A stretch of DNA of 32,000 nucleotides, taken from contig CAXXUO010000009.1 in NCBI GenBank assembly GCA_963666485.2, positions 131,385-163,384 of the forward strand, in the 5' to 3' direction. The stretch comes from Syntrophorhabdaceae bacterium (GTDB taxonomy: Bacteria; Desulfobacterota; Syntrophorhabdia; Syntrophorhabdales; Syntrophorhabdaceae). Made by a program: the position numbers and the translations under genes. Positions 1 through 8,189 of the stretch are shown one piece after another; within the stretch, counting starts at the first letter, position 1, and every line of letters begins with the position of its first letter. The notes below the pieces were generated by a model. It was not told where the DNA came from and searched no databases. It saw nothing but the letters and a program-made list of their open reading frames with translations.

Positions 1-1
1 A

Positions 2-313
2 CACGACAAGCTTGGGTACTATCCTCTCGCACTCAAGGATTACGGGCGCGCTATCGAGCTCGATCACGGATACGCGACCGCCTACAACAACCGCGGGTTC
101 ACGCACTTCAACATGGGCAATTACCATGAATCTATCGCAGACTACACAAAGGCCATACAGTTACGGCCCGGGTACGCCCTTGCCTACTATAATAGAGCCG
201 TTGCGCACTCGAAGCTCGCCCAGATGGACGACGCCATATCCGACCTGAAGCAGGCCGCCAAGTTCGGCGATAAGGACGCGGAAGACGCGCTGAAGCAGCT
301 GAACATAAAATAA
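2..313 (+). CDS. TPR repeat protein, C-terminal fragment (5' end outside window)
   Basis: The frame of the 113..313 ORF stays open back to the window edge (HDKLGYYPLALKDYGRAIELDHGYATAYNNRGFTHFNMGNYHESIADYTKAIQLRPGYALAYYNRAVAH...). It contains three consecutive 34-aa units with the TPR signature (Y..AI.L.P....AY.NRG). Stop TAA at 311-313. Confidence 0.75.
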   Translation, partial: HDKLGYYPLALKDYGRAIELDHGYATAYNNRGFTHFNMGNYHESIADYTKAIQLRPGYALAYYNRAVAHSKLAQMDDAISDLKQAAKFGDKDAEDALKQLNIK

Positions 314-317
314 AAAA

Positions 318-431
318 CGGTTCAAAGTTCAAAGTTCAAAGAAGAAAAATAATCCCCGGTAAACAAAAATATCGGAACTGGCGGAGTTTAGTGGTTTTTT
401 CCTTGAACTTTGAACTTTGAACCTTGAACCG
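318..431. repeat. Inverted tandem-heptamer element, GTTCAAR family, copy 1 (probable bidirectional terminator)
   Basis: Left arm 318-341 is cggttcaaagttcaaagttcaaag (3 x 7-mer). Right arm 401-431 is ccttgaactttgaactttgaaccttgaaccg (4 x 7-mer), the reverse complement of the left arm with 1 mismatch over 24 nt. An A6 run (312-317) precedes it and a T5 run (432-436) follows. The element exactly fills the gap between the convergent stop codons at 313 and 436. Confidence 0.85.
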
Positions 432-435
432 TTTT

Positions 436-1350
436 TCAGGTTGCAACCCTGTTTCTGCCCGCCTTCTTCGCCGCGTACATCAACGCGTCCGCGCGTTTTA
501 TGATGCCGTGCGCGGAGTCTTTCTTGCGGGCCAGCGTGACGCCTATCGATATGGTGATATGGGTGTCGCTCCCGTCAAGCGGTACCGTGGACCTTTCGAC
601 GAGTACCCGCAGTTTTTCTGCAACATGGCGGAGCTTCTCTTCGTCCACGTTTGTGACGAAGGCAACGAACTCCTCTCCTCCCCATCGGCTGACTACGTCC
701 GACGACCGAAGGCCGTTGTTTATCGTGGCGGCGATCAGGCGCAGCACCCTGTCGCCGGCTTCGTGACCGTATGTGTCATTGACGTTCTTAAACCTGTCGA
801 TATCGATGAAAAGGACCCCGAAGGCCCACCCGTAGCGCTTGAGCTCCCTTAACTTGTTCGTGAGGTTCATCTCCCCGTACCGCCTGTTCCCGAGCCGGGT
901 CAAAGGGTCGAGCAGGGCCATGCGTTCGAGTTCGCGGAGTTTCCTCGTCAGGTCCTGGCTCGAATAATTGTCGCTGAAAACTTCTGCGGCGCCTATCACA
1001 ACGCCCTTGCTGTCGAGTATCGGCGCTATCCTGACGATCACGGGAACCTGGTGACCTTCCCGATGGTGAAAGAAAAGCTCTGCCTCCTTGTTCTTTCCTT
1101 CCCGCATAGCGGCCTCGAGAAGACACCGGTTGTCGCACAGTGCGGCCCCGTCATTGTCGATGTGCTTGAGGATATTGTCCCAGCAATACCTGCCGACGAT
1201 CTCGGACCGTTTGTAACCCGTCATTCTCTCTGCAGCTTCATTCCAGTACTGGATCTTGCGGTCTTTATCGACAACGTAGACGCCTTCGTACAGGTTGTCG
1301 AGAAGTTTATGATAGAAGGAATCGGTCAGAAGACCCCGGGTACGAGGCAT
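436..1350 (-). CDS. PAS domain-containing diguanylate cyclase (GGDEF)
   Basis: PAS-like N-terminus (LLDNLYEGVYVVDKDRKIQYWNEAAERMTGY). GGDEF domain with a GGEEF active site and an RSSD (RxxD) I-site five residues upstream. ATG at 1350 lies 2 nt after the tldD stop (1353-1355). The longer start at 1470 would overlap tldD by 118 nt. Confidence 0.88.
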   Translation of the reverse strand: MPRTRGLLTDSFYHKLLDNLYEGVYVVDKDRKIQYWNEAAERMTGYKRSEIVGRYCWDNILKHIDNDGAALCDNRCLLEAAMREGKNKEAELFFHHREGHQVPVIVRIAPILDSKGVVIGAAEVFSDNYSSQDLTRKLRELERMALLDPLTRLGNRRYGEMNLTNKLRELKRYGWAFGVLFIDIDRFKNVNDTYGHEAGDRVLRLIAATINNGLRSSDVVSRWGGEEFVAFVTNVDEEKLRHVAEKLRVLVERSTVPLDGSDTHITISIGVTLARKKDSAHGIIKRADALMYAAKKAGRNRVAT

Positions 1351-1352
1351 GA

Positions 1353-2732
1353 TTATCCGCCGCGGCCTCCCACGATGATCCCCGGTATCCGCAAGGTAGG
1401 CTGGGCGTCTGCAACGGGCACTCCCTGCCCGTCCTTCCCGCACGTGCCTATCCCGAACCCGAGGTCGCACCCCACCATGTCGATGTCCTTGAGCACCTTC
1501 AGCCCGTTTCCCATCATCGTCGCGTTCTTGATCATCGGCCCGACAGTGCCTTTTTCGATCAGGTACCCTTCCGATATTTCGAAGACAAAATCACCGCGCA
1601 CGGTATCGACCTGGCCGCCGCCCATCTTGACGACAAAAACACCGTCGTCAACGGATGCGAGGATCTCGCCGGGGTCGTGTTTTCCCGGCACGATCATCGT
1701 GTTGCTCATGCGCGGTATCGGCCTGAAACGGTATGATTCACGCCTGCCGTTCCCCGTCGACGGCATCGCGTGTTTCATGGCGTGGAACCGGTCGAAGAGA
1801 TAGTTTTTGAGAACACCGTGTTCAACGAGAACCGTGCGCTGCGATGAGGTGCCTTCGTCATCGAACGCGTACGTGCCGCGCATATGGGGGATGGTCGCAT
1901 CGTCGACAACGCCGATGAGGGGCGACGCTATCTCCTGCCCGAGAAGCCCCTTGTAGCAGGACAGTCCTTCCATGGCGAGGTCTGCCTCGAGCCCGTGGCC
2001 GATCGCTTCATGGATCATCGTCCCGCCGGCTTCCGACGCGAGGACGACAGTCTTCGCTCCACTCGGGGCCTCGCGCGCGGCAAGAAGGCCCGATAACCGC
2101 CTGACCGTTTTCTCGGCAAGCGACCCCATCAGCTCGTCGGTGAAATACTCAAACCCGTAGAACCCGCCTGCCGCCTCGTACGACGTCTGCATCTCGGAGC
2201 CGTCCCGCCCGACGAGAAGCACCGTGAACACAACCTGCATCCGGCTGTCGCGCTTAAGACCTTTGTCCGTGGTCGCTATCGTAACTTCCTGGCGCGTATC
2301 CCGGTACATAATGCGGACCTGGATGATCCGCGGCTCCAGGGAACGGACCTTTGCCTCGAAGTTCCTCACGAGCGCAAGTTTATCCTTGACATCGACGCCG
2401 CCGGGGTCGCGGGAGATCGAAAAAGGATACGCTGCGCTCGCCTCGCCCGCGGACAACAGGGCGGCCTCACCTTTCCGTGAACCCGTATAACCGGACAGCT
2501 TCTGAGCAAGGGACGTGAGCCGCGCCTCGTCGAAGGAATTTGTCGAGGCGTAATAGGTCTTCCAGGGATCGATCACCCTCAACCCGACCCCGGCATCCTC
2601 ACCCTGCTCCAGTTTTTCGACCTTTCCGGATTCAAGCTGGATAAGGGTGTAATTCCGTACATCGACGTACGTATCGGCGTACGCACCCGAGCGGTCCATA
2701 AGCGCTTCGAGTATCCTCTTCTCATTGAACAT
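1353..2732 (-). CDS. tldD: TldD-family metalloprotease
   Basis: 459 aa with the TldD-type HExxxH motif (HEAIGHGLEAD) and a glycine-rich C-terminus (KMGGGQV...GTCGKDGQ). GGGAGG Shine-Dalgarno 7 nt upstream of ATG 2732. Confidence 0.9.
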   Translation of the reverse strand: MFNEKRILEALMDRSGAYADTYVDVRNYTLIQLESGKVEKLEQGEDAGVGLRVIDPWKTYYASTNSFDEARLTSLAQKLSGYTGSRKGEAALLSAGEASAAYPFSISRDPGGVDVKDKLALVRNFEAKVRSLEPRIIQVRIMYRDTRQEVTIATTDKGLKRDSRMQVVFTVLLVGRDGSEMQTSYEAAGGFYGFEYFTDELMGSLAEKTVRRLSGLLAAREAPSGAKTVVLASEAGGTMIHEAIGHGLEADLAMEGLSCYKGLLGQEIASPLIGVVDDATIPHMRGTYAFDDEGTSSQRTVLVEHGVLKNYLFDRFHAMKHAMPSTGNGRRESYRFRPIPRMSNTMIVPGKHDPGEILASVDDGVFVVKMGGGQVDTVRGDFVFEISEGYLIEKGTVGPMIKNATMMGNGLKVLKDIDMVGCDLGFGIGTCGKDGQGVPVADAQPTLRIPGIIVGGRGG

Positions 2733-2970
2733 CGGGTGCCTCCCTGAATCCTATTCCATAGTGTACCATATCGGCGACGATGCCCCGGACATCCTCCTCG
2801 AAGGACGCCGGATAGATAAGCTCTATGAGGCCGCGGTCACCGTCAAGGACGGAAAAAATGGCGACGTCCTCGTATGATTCGAGGATCGCCTTAAAAAAAC
2901 CGATGCCGCTGCGGTCCATGATGTACCGTTTTGTCCGCTCCTCGAAAACACGTCGGCCATCCTGCGGCAT
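2722..2970 (-). CDS. DUF4911-like small protein
   Basis: The pattern KRYIMDRSGIGFFKAILESYEDVAIFSVLDGDRGLIELIYPASFEEDV matches my memory of the DUF4911 family (r.eI.flk.ilE.yegla..tt.d...g...l). The ATG at 2970 is preferred over the TTG at 2976. The gene overlaps the tldD start by 11 nt. Confidence 0.65.
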   Translation of the reverse strand: MPQDGRRVFEERTKRYIMDRSGIGFFKAILESYEDVAIFSVLDGDRGLIELIYPASFEEDVRGIVADMVHYGIGFREAPDVQ

Positions 2971-2972
2971 TG

Positions 2973-3977
2973 TCAATCCTCTCTTCCTTCGAGCATTTCG
3001 ATGAACGCCTCGATGCGGTTCTTCGTTCTCGTATCGAGGGTACGCGGCAGGTCGCCCTCGATCGTCAGGATCGGGACCGGGATCGTGTCCCGCAGGATAA
3101 GGTCCTCGATCGCACGAAAGCAGAAAGACTGAATATAATGGATGACCCCTTTGATCCCGCGCCGCTCGATCTCTTTGCCTATATCTTCCAGACGGGCAAA
3201 AATACCGTACGGGTACGTGTAGAGAAGATACCGCTCGACCAGGTCCCGGGTATGGTACGGGAGCGCAAACTGCCTTTGTGTCTCGTTATAGACGACATGG
3301 CCGCCGACCTCTTCGATAAATTCATACAACCCGTCTATAATGGGCGGTACCCCTATGTAGCCAAGGGGTATTCCTTCGAGCCTTTCACGTTTTCGCGCCT
3401 CCGTGATAAATCCTGCGGCGGCGTCGGAATATTCGATTATATTGCCGAGCATGTCCGATGAACGCACGAGCCAGAGATGGTTCTCGGCGCCTGTCACGTT
3501 CCGCTCGCTCCAGGTCATCATGTCGATCTCTTCGAGGTAGGACCGTGCCACCGTCAACTCTTTTTCCACCCTCAGGCTCGATCCCCTGTCCGGTGAAAGC
3601 TCTTTCTTCAGCTTCTCGATCTCCCGTGCCAAAACTCTCTCGTCGCGATCGTACGGGAAAGAAAAAGGGATCGTCCGGATACCCTTGTAGCGAAGGATCT
3701 CGGCAAGTGCCTGCGTATTGCTGCAATCGCCCTCCATGACCGTGATCACGGCGGCCATCTCATGTTCCATGATAACGCCATAGATCCCCTTGATCCACGT
3801 GCAGATGCTGTGCGGGAAACCGTCACGTTCCGCCCGGTCGACAAAATGCTGGGGGTCGGGGTCTTTCATGAAGATATTGTTGAGGTCGCAGGGGGTATAG
3901 CCGGCGGCGAAGATGATCTCGACAGGTATGGTCGTCGTAAAACCAACAACCCCTTTTCCCGGTGCTGGTGTCATCAT
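2973..3977 (-). CDS. 2-hydroxyacyl-CoA dehydratase family protein (HGD-D / BcrC-like)
   Basis: GFTTTIPVEIIFAAGYTPCDL, the DGFPHSICTWIKG and EGDCSNTQAL cysteines, and the C-terminal IQSFCFRAIEDL are typical of the D-component-like family. Start is uncertain: ATG at 3977/3974 (typical N-terminus) or ATG at 4034 (19 extra residues). Confidence 0.75.
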   Translation of the reverse strand: MMTPAPGKGVVGFTTTIPVEIIFAAGYTPCDLNNIFMKDPDPQHFVDRAERDGFPHSICTWIKGIYGVIMEHEMAAVITVMEGDCSNTQALAEILRYKGIRTIPFSFPYDRDERVLAREIEKLKKELSPDRGSSLRVEKELTVARSYLEEIDMMTWSERNVTGAENHLWLVRSSDMLGNIIEYSDAAAGFITEARKRERLEGIPLGYIGVPPIIDGLYEFIEEVGGHVVYNETQRQFALPYHTRDLVERYLLYTYPYGIFARLEDIGKEIERRGIKGVIHYIQSFCFRAIEDLILRDTIPVPILTIEGDLPRTLDTRTKNRIEAFIEMLEGRED

Positions 3978-4046
3978 AGTTCTAAAGATAATACTTTTTT
4001 CCGTAATGTTGCAACATTGCGTTACAGGTCGCATCAGCCTGAAAGA

Positions 4047-4333
4047 CCTCTCTCGCCCGTTCGTCGCTAAAGCTCCTCTCTCGAGTTCGCGGAGTTCGCG
4101 GAGAAAGGCGGAGGCCGCGGGAGCCCGGAGCCTTACCAGGCTCCCGCGGCACTTCGATCCTGCCCTTCAGGCAGGATGGACCGCTTGGTCTATTAATATG
4201 TTTTTTTTCTTTTCCTCGGCGAAGCCGACGAAAGTGCCGGCTGGTCGTGGTCGGCTCCGCGACCAGCCGGCAAAGTCTTTTCCTTCGCAATTCTCTGTGT
4301 TCTCTGTGAGCTCGAGCGAAGCGGGCGAGAGAA
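4047..4333. repeat. Structured intergenic element: 11-bp outer inverted repeat, paired 9-mer duplications, three perfect GC-rich hairpins
   Basis: - Outer inverted repeat: tctctcgcccg (4049-4059) and cgggcgagaga (4322-4332).
- ctcgag + 2 x ttcgcggag (4081-4103) is mirrored by 2 x ttctctgtg + agctcgag (4291-4316).
- Hairpin 1: 4114-4125 / 4139-4150, 12 bp perfect.
- Hairpin 2: 4157-4164 / 4170-4177, 8 bp perfect.
- Hairpin 3: 4236-4247 / 4260-4271, 12 bp perfect.
- An AT-rich core (4191-4215) sits in the middle. Confidence 0.6.
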
Positions 4334-4339
4334 TGTCTT

Positions 4340-5473
4340 TTATCGAAATTTCTTTTTCGCCAGGTTCTTGTCGCTGTATCGCGGATCGTCGGTGACTTTT
4401 TTCCCGATGGTGATGAAGGCGGGGATATCGGGCTGGCCCTTACTGCCGGGGCCCGGTGACTCGGCGCGCAGTATGATGAGGCCCTTGTGTTTTCCGTTAT
4501 ACACATCGATCTCGTAATACCTGTTGTTCCAGAGAAAACAGATCCGGTCCTTTGACAGGGCCTGCATATTCCGGTCTTTCAGGCCCGCGAGCCTCGTGTA
4601 CTCGTGTTCAGGTATGAGCTCTTCCTCTTCGACAGGCTGGTTATCGCCTGCGGTCCTCGTGCGCGCCAGGAAATAGAAATTCATCCCGTCCTGCCCGCGC
4701 CTGCGTATCCGGATCTGTGCCCCTTTCTCTTTTGTACGCAGGTAGATCTGCTCGATATCGAGCCGCTGGTGGGGAGGAAGGCCCGACATATCGATGTCGC
4801 GGACCAGGTACTTTTCCTGTATGGGGGGGACATCGGGTATGCCGACCATCGCGGCGAGCGCGGAGAACGTCCGGCGCATCTTTGCCTCGAAGTCGGTGCT
4901 GTTGTCGATGATCTTGAAGCGCGGGTGGCCAAGCCAGCTCTCCTGGGTCCTCAGGTCGATCCTCAAGGCCTCCTCAGCCGTTTCGAGGCGGGCGGAATTG
5001 TTCTCGCCCGTGTAATAATCCGGCGCCCCGTCGGCCGCGGTCACGAGGTGAATGATGCCGTCGTACCTGTGGCGGATCGCAGCCCGCGTCATGCTTTTTT
5101 TCTTCAGGATACTGTTAAAGACATCGTCGGTCAGAAATGCCCGGATATCCATGATGCCCCTGTCAAGCAGTATCACCTTCCGGCGTTCGGGAAATATGCG
5201 GGAGACTGCCTGTTTGTACGTGTCCTCGAACGAGATCTGCATATCGAAGATCGCCTCTTCGAAGACGACGATCTGTCCCGGCTTGTCCATCTTGCGCCGG
5301 TCGATCCCGTTCCCCGTAATAAGCGTCGCCGTCTCCGGCACGACAAACACCATGAACCCATGGTCGGAAAGCCTCTCCGTCAGGTACGCCAGCGAAGAGC
5401 TCTTCCCGGAGCACGGCCCCCCGGTAAGGACGATCATGGAAACGGGATTGAGTAAGCGGGATGAATCCGGCAT
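4340..5473 (-). CDS. P-loop NTPase (AAA_28 / NadR-kinase-like) fused to a C-terminal CYTH domain
   Basis: Walker A motif GGPCSGKSS near the N-terminus. The C-terminal half shows the CYTH pattern (EKYLV...IEQIYL...IRIRRRG...EEEELI...KDRICFLWNNRYYEIDVYNGKHKGLIILRAE). The ATG at 5473 has GGAG 5 nt upstream. The track start at 5497 is a TTG inside the repeat element. Confidence 0.8.
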   Translation of the reverse strand: MPDSSRLLNPVSMIVLTGGPCSGKSSSLAYLTERLSDHGFMVFVVPETATLITGNGIDRRKMDKPGQIVVFEEAIFDMQISFEDTYKQAVSRIFPERRKVILLDRGIMDIRAFLTDDVFNSILKKKSMTRAAIRHRYDGIIHLVTAADGAPDYYTGENNSARLETAEEALRIDLRTQESWLGHPRFKIIDNSTDFEAKMRRTFSALAAMVGIPDVPPIQEKYLVRDIDMSGLPPHQRLDIEQIYLRTKEKGAQIRIRRRGQDGMNFYFLARTRTAGDNQPVEEEELIPEHEYTRLAGLKDRNMQALSKDRICFLWNNRYYEIDVYNGKHKGLIILRAESPGPGSKGQPDIPAFITIGKKVTDDPRYSDKNLAKKKFR

Positions 5474-5488
5474 AGAACTCCGTAAAAA

Positions 5489-5574
5489 CTGGTTCAAGGT
5501 TCAAAGTTTGACGCCGAACCTTAAACGTTTCTTCGTTTTTTTACTTTGAACCTTGAACTTTGAACCTTGAACCG
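5489..5574. repeat. Inverted tandem-heptamer element, GTTCAAR family, copy 2
   Basis: Left arm 5491-5508 is ggttcaaggttcaaagtt. Right arm 5544-5574 is ctttgaaccttgaactttgaaccttgaaccg; its reverse complement matches the left arm perfectly over 18 nt. It uses the same 7-mer and the same cggttcaa/ttgaaccg termini as copy 1. On the minus-strand RNA the stem is followed by AGUUUUUA. It lies between the thiH stop (5579) and the next gene start (5473). Confidence 0.85.
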
Positions 5575-5578
5575 TCTT

Positions 5579-6628
5579 TCAGCTGTTTACAATATTTCTC
5601 CAATCCGTCACCACCGGATCGAAGCCTTTCGCTGTGAGCATTGCCTTGACCTCATCGAAGGTCCGCGGGTCGAAGACCTGGAACTGGCCGTCGTCGTACT
5701 CGGACTTGTCGATGTATCCGCCGACGCGGGTCGAAGACCCGGCCGACATCTTCGTCACGCCGAACTCGAAGATGCGGTCCCGGAATTCGGGCGTCTCCCG
5801 TGTCGAGAGGCTTATCCCGGCCCGGGGGAAGAACAATCGCGCCGCGCACATGATCTTCAGCATCTCCCTGTCGGTAACCTCAATGTAATTATGCTCGTCG
5901 TCGACGACACGCCTCAAGCGCGGGAACGCGAGGCCAAACTCGACGCCCGGGTACTTTCTCTCGAGGTTCCTGATATGCTGGAAAAGGGCGATGATGTCCT
6001 GCCGCCAATCGGTGAGGCCAAGGAGGACCCCCATCGATATGTGGCGCATCCCCGAACGCGCGATGCGGTCCGGGGCCTCGACACGGTAGTCATAGACCTT
6101 CTTCGGCCCGGCAAGGTGAAGCTCGTCATAGCGGGCCCGGTCATACGTTTCCTGGTAGAGTGTCACCCCGTCAACCCCCGCGAGGTAAAGCTCGCGGTAC
6201 TCATTCTCTTCGAGGGGATAGACCTCGACGGCGACGTAGGGGAAATGGCGGCCGGCGATGATGCAGGCGTCCCGGATATACTGCGGCGAAGAATGGAAGC
6301 GCGACTCTCCCGTCAGGATGAGGCAGCTGCGGATCCCGGTCGCGGCGAGCGCGGCGCATTCCCTGTCTATCTCGTCCATCGTGAGCTTGCTGCGCGGAAT
6401 TATCTTTGACGACGCGTGGAAACCGCAATAGACGCATTCATTCTGGCAATAATTGGCTATGTAGAGGGGGGCATACAGGCTGATCGTCCGCCCGAACTGG
6501 CGCCGCGTCAGCTCGCGCGCCGCATACGCCATTTCTTCGAGCAGGCCCCTGTCGTCATACGAAAAAATGCGGCGAATGTCACCGATCGTCAGATGCTCGA
6601 GGTCAATTCCGGACAAACCTTTATTCAT
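5579..6628 (-). CDS. thiH: 2-iminoacetate synthase ThiH (radical SAM)
   Basis: Radical-SAM motif [10 protein letters not shown], about 350 aa, ThiH-like throughout, and the last gene of a thiE-thiS-thiG-thiH array. Confidence 0.9.
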   Translation of the reverse strand: MNKGLSGIDLEHLTIGDIRRIFSYDDRGLLEEMAYAARELTRRQFGRTISLYAPLYIANYCQNECVYCGFHASSKIIPRSKLTMDEIDRECAALAATGIRSCLILTGESRFHSSPQYIRDACIIAGRHFPYVAVEVYPLEENEYRELYLAGVDGVTLYQETYDRARYDELHLAGPKKVYDYRVEAPDRIARSGMRHISMGVLLGLTDWRQDIIALFQHIRNLERKYPGVEFGLAFPRLRRVVDDEHNYIEVTDREMLKIMCAARLFFPRAGISLSTRETPEFRDRIFEFGVTKMSAGSSTRVGGYIDKSEYDDGQFQVFDPRTFDEVKAMLTAKGFDPVVTDWRNIVNS

Positions 6629-7397
6629 CGTAGAGGAACCCCGTGAGCGGCGATGAAGCGCGTGCTATCGACCTTTCTTTTCCCATTTTTGCGAGATACG
6701 CCATCCTGCCTGCTTCAACACCCCGCGCGAATGCCATCGCCATGAGCGGCGGGTCCTCGGCGTCCGCGACGGCGGTATTGGCAAGCACCGCGTCCGCGCC
6801 TATCTCCATTGCCTCGGCGGCATGGGACGGCCTGCCAATTCCCGCATCGACCACGATCGGGACCTCGTTGATCTCTTCTATGAGAACTTCGATAAGAGCC
6901 CTCATCCTGAGGCCCTGGTTGGACCCGATAAGGGAGCCGAGCGGCATGACCGCCGCCGCCCCGGCGTCTACCAGCTCCTTCGCGACATACAGGTCGGGGT
7001 TCATGTACGGCAGGACGGTAAAACCCTCGGCGGACAATATCTTCGTCGCCTTTACCGTCTCCCGGTTGTCGGGCAGGAGGTACCGGCTGTCATTGATCAC
7101 CTCGATCTTGATCCAGTCGCCGTACCCGGCCTCCCGGGCGATGCGGGCTATCCTGACCGCCTCGTCCGAATTTCTTGCACCCGACGTGTTCACCATGATG
7201 GTGGTCCCCTCAGGAATGAAGGAGAGGATGTTCTCATCCGTGTCTTCGAGGTCTATCCTGCGCAGGGCGACCGTCACGAGCTGAGAGCCCGAGGTCAGGA
7301 TCGCCTGTTTCATCGCCTCCTTGTTCCCGAACTTCCCGGTGCCGAGGAAAAAACGGCTTGTAAATTCCCTGCCGGCGATCAAGAGTTTATCTTCCAT
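6621..7397 (-). CDS. thiG: Thiazole synthase ThiG
   Basis: [19 protein letters not shown], the NTSG motif and [13 protein letters not shown] are typical of ThiG. The ATG at 7397 is preceded by GGGAGGGGG and lies 1 nt after the thiS stop. Confidence 0.93.
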   Translation of the reverse strand: MEDKLLIAGREFTSRFFLGTGKFGNKEAMKQAILTSGSQLVTVALRRIDLEDTDENILSFIPEGTTIMVNTSGARNSDEAVRIARIAREAGYGDWIKIEVINDSRYLLPDNRETVKATKILSAEGFTVLPYMNPDLYVAKELVDAGAAAVMPLGSLIGSNQGLRMRALIEVLIEEINEVPIVVDAGIGRPSHAAEAMEIGADAVLANTAVADAEDPPLMAMAFARGVEAGRMAYLAKMGKERSIARASSPLTGFLYDE

Positions 7398-7398
7398 G

Positions 7399-7599
7399 TC
7401 AGCCCCCTCCCACAAAGGACACCATCTCTATGCGGTCTCCATCGGTGAGGACCGTCAAAGGCCACTGGTCGCTTTTCACGACGCCATCGTTAAGGACAAG
7501 GATCACCCGCTCGGGGTTCGCCCTGCCTGAATAGACGAGCCGGTGGAGGTCCATGCCTTCCGCAATCTCCGTCTGCCTGCCGTTCACTGTGATCTTCAT
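7399..7599 (-). CDS. thiS: Sulfur carrier protein ThiS
   Basis: 66 aa, MKITVNG...[14 protein letters not shown] with a C-terminal Gly-Gly. Its ATG at 7599 overlaps the thiE stop as ATGA. Confidence 0.9.
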   Translation of the reverse strand: MKITVNGRQTEIAEGMDLHRLVYSGRANPERVILVLNDGVVKSDQWPLTVLTDGDRIEMVSFVGGG

Positions 7600-8189
7600 T
7601 GTGCTGCCTTCCTGATACGTTTCAATAATGCCGGCGCGTCGGTGCATGCCCGTACGACGCCGATCGTTTTTGCCCCTGCCTCGAGGACATCGTCGATATT
7701 CGTAAGGTCGATGCCGCCGATCGCGACTGCCGGTATGTCGAGGTTCTGCGCCGCTTCCCTGACGTACGCAAGGCCGACCGCGGGCCTGCCCGGCTTTGTC
7801 GGCGTCGGGTAGACGGGGCCGGTCGAAATGTAATCCGCTCCGTCCGCGATCGCCTGCCTGCCCTGTTCGAGATTATGCGTTGTCTTGCCGATGATCATAT
7901 CGCTGCCGACGATCGCGCGCGCGTCCTTCGTCGACATATCCTGCCCGATGTGGACCCCGTCCGCCCCCGCTTTTACTGCGAGCCGCGCGTCATCGTTCAG
8001 GATGAAGATAAAATCCCTGACCTTTTTGTATTCCACGATCTCGCGCGCCTTCTCGAGAACGGCACTTTCGTCGCCCGTCTTGTCGCGCAACTGCACGATC
8101 GCGGCCCCATCGTCAACCGCCTGCTTTAAGTCGTCCACGGACGCAGAAATGACATAAAGGTCATTTCTGAATGGTAATCTTCGCGTCAT
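7596..8189 (-). CDS. thiE: Thiamine-phosphate synthase ThiE
   Basis: 197 aa, LYVISAS...IVQLRDK...GADGVHIGQDM...GADYISTGPVYPTPTKP is typical of ThiE. There is no obvious Shine-Dalgarno sequence upstream of ATG 8189. Confidence 0.9.
   Translation of the reverse strand: MTRRLPFRNDLYVISASVDDLKQAVDDGAAIVQLRDKTGDESAVLEKAREIVEYKKVRDFIFILNDDARLAVKAGADGVHIGQDMSTKDARAIVGSDMIIGKTTHNLEQGRQAIADGADYISTGPVYPTPTKPGRPAVGLAYVREAAQNLDIPAVAIGGIDLTNIDDVLEAGAKTIGVVRACTDAPALLKRIRKAAQ

Noticed and set aside
926-941. A 16-nt exact match (tcgagttcgcggagtt) between the GGDEF coding region and the 9-mer duplication at 4081-4096
   Set aside because: One 16-mer match within 32 kb on either strand is within chance expectation (order 0.1-0.3). 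At 926-941 it simply encodes part of the protein (RELERM). I do not take it as evidence of a shared element.
4047-4333. Calling the structured intergenic module a mobile element (MITE)
   Set aside because: Terminal inverted repeats exist, but I could not identify target-site duplications. There is no transposase in the window and copy number cannot be assessed from 32 kb. I kept it as a repeat/structured element only.
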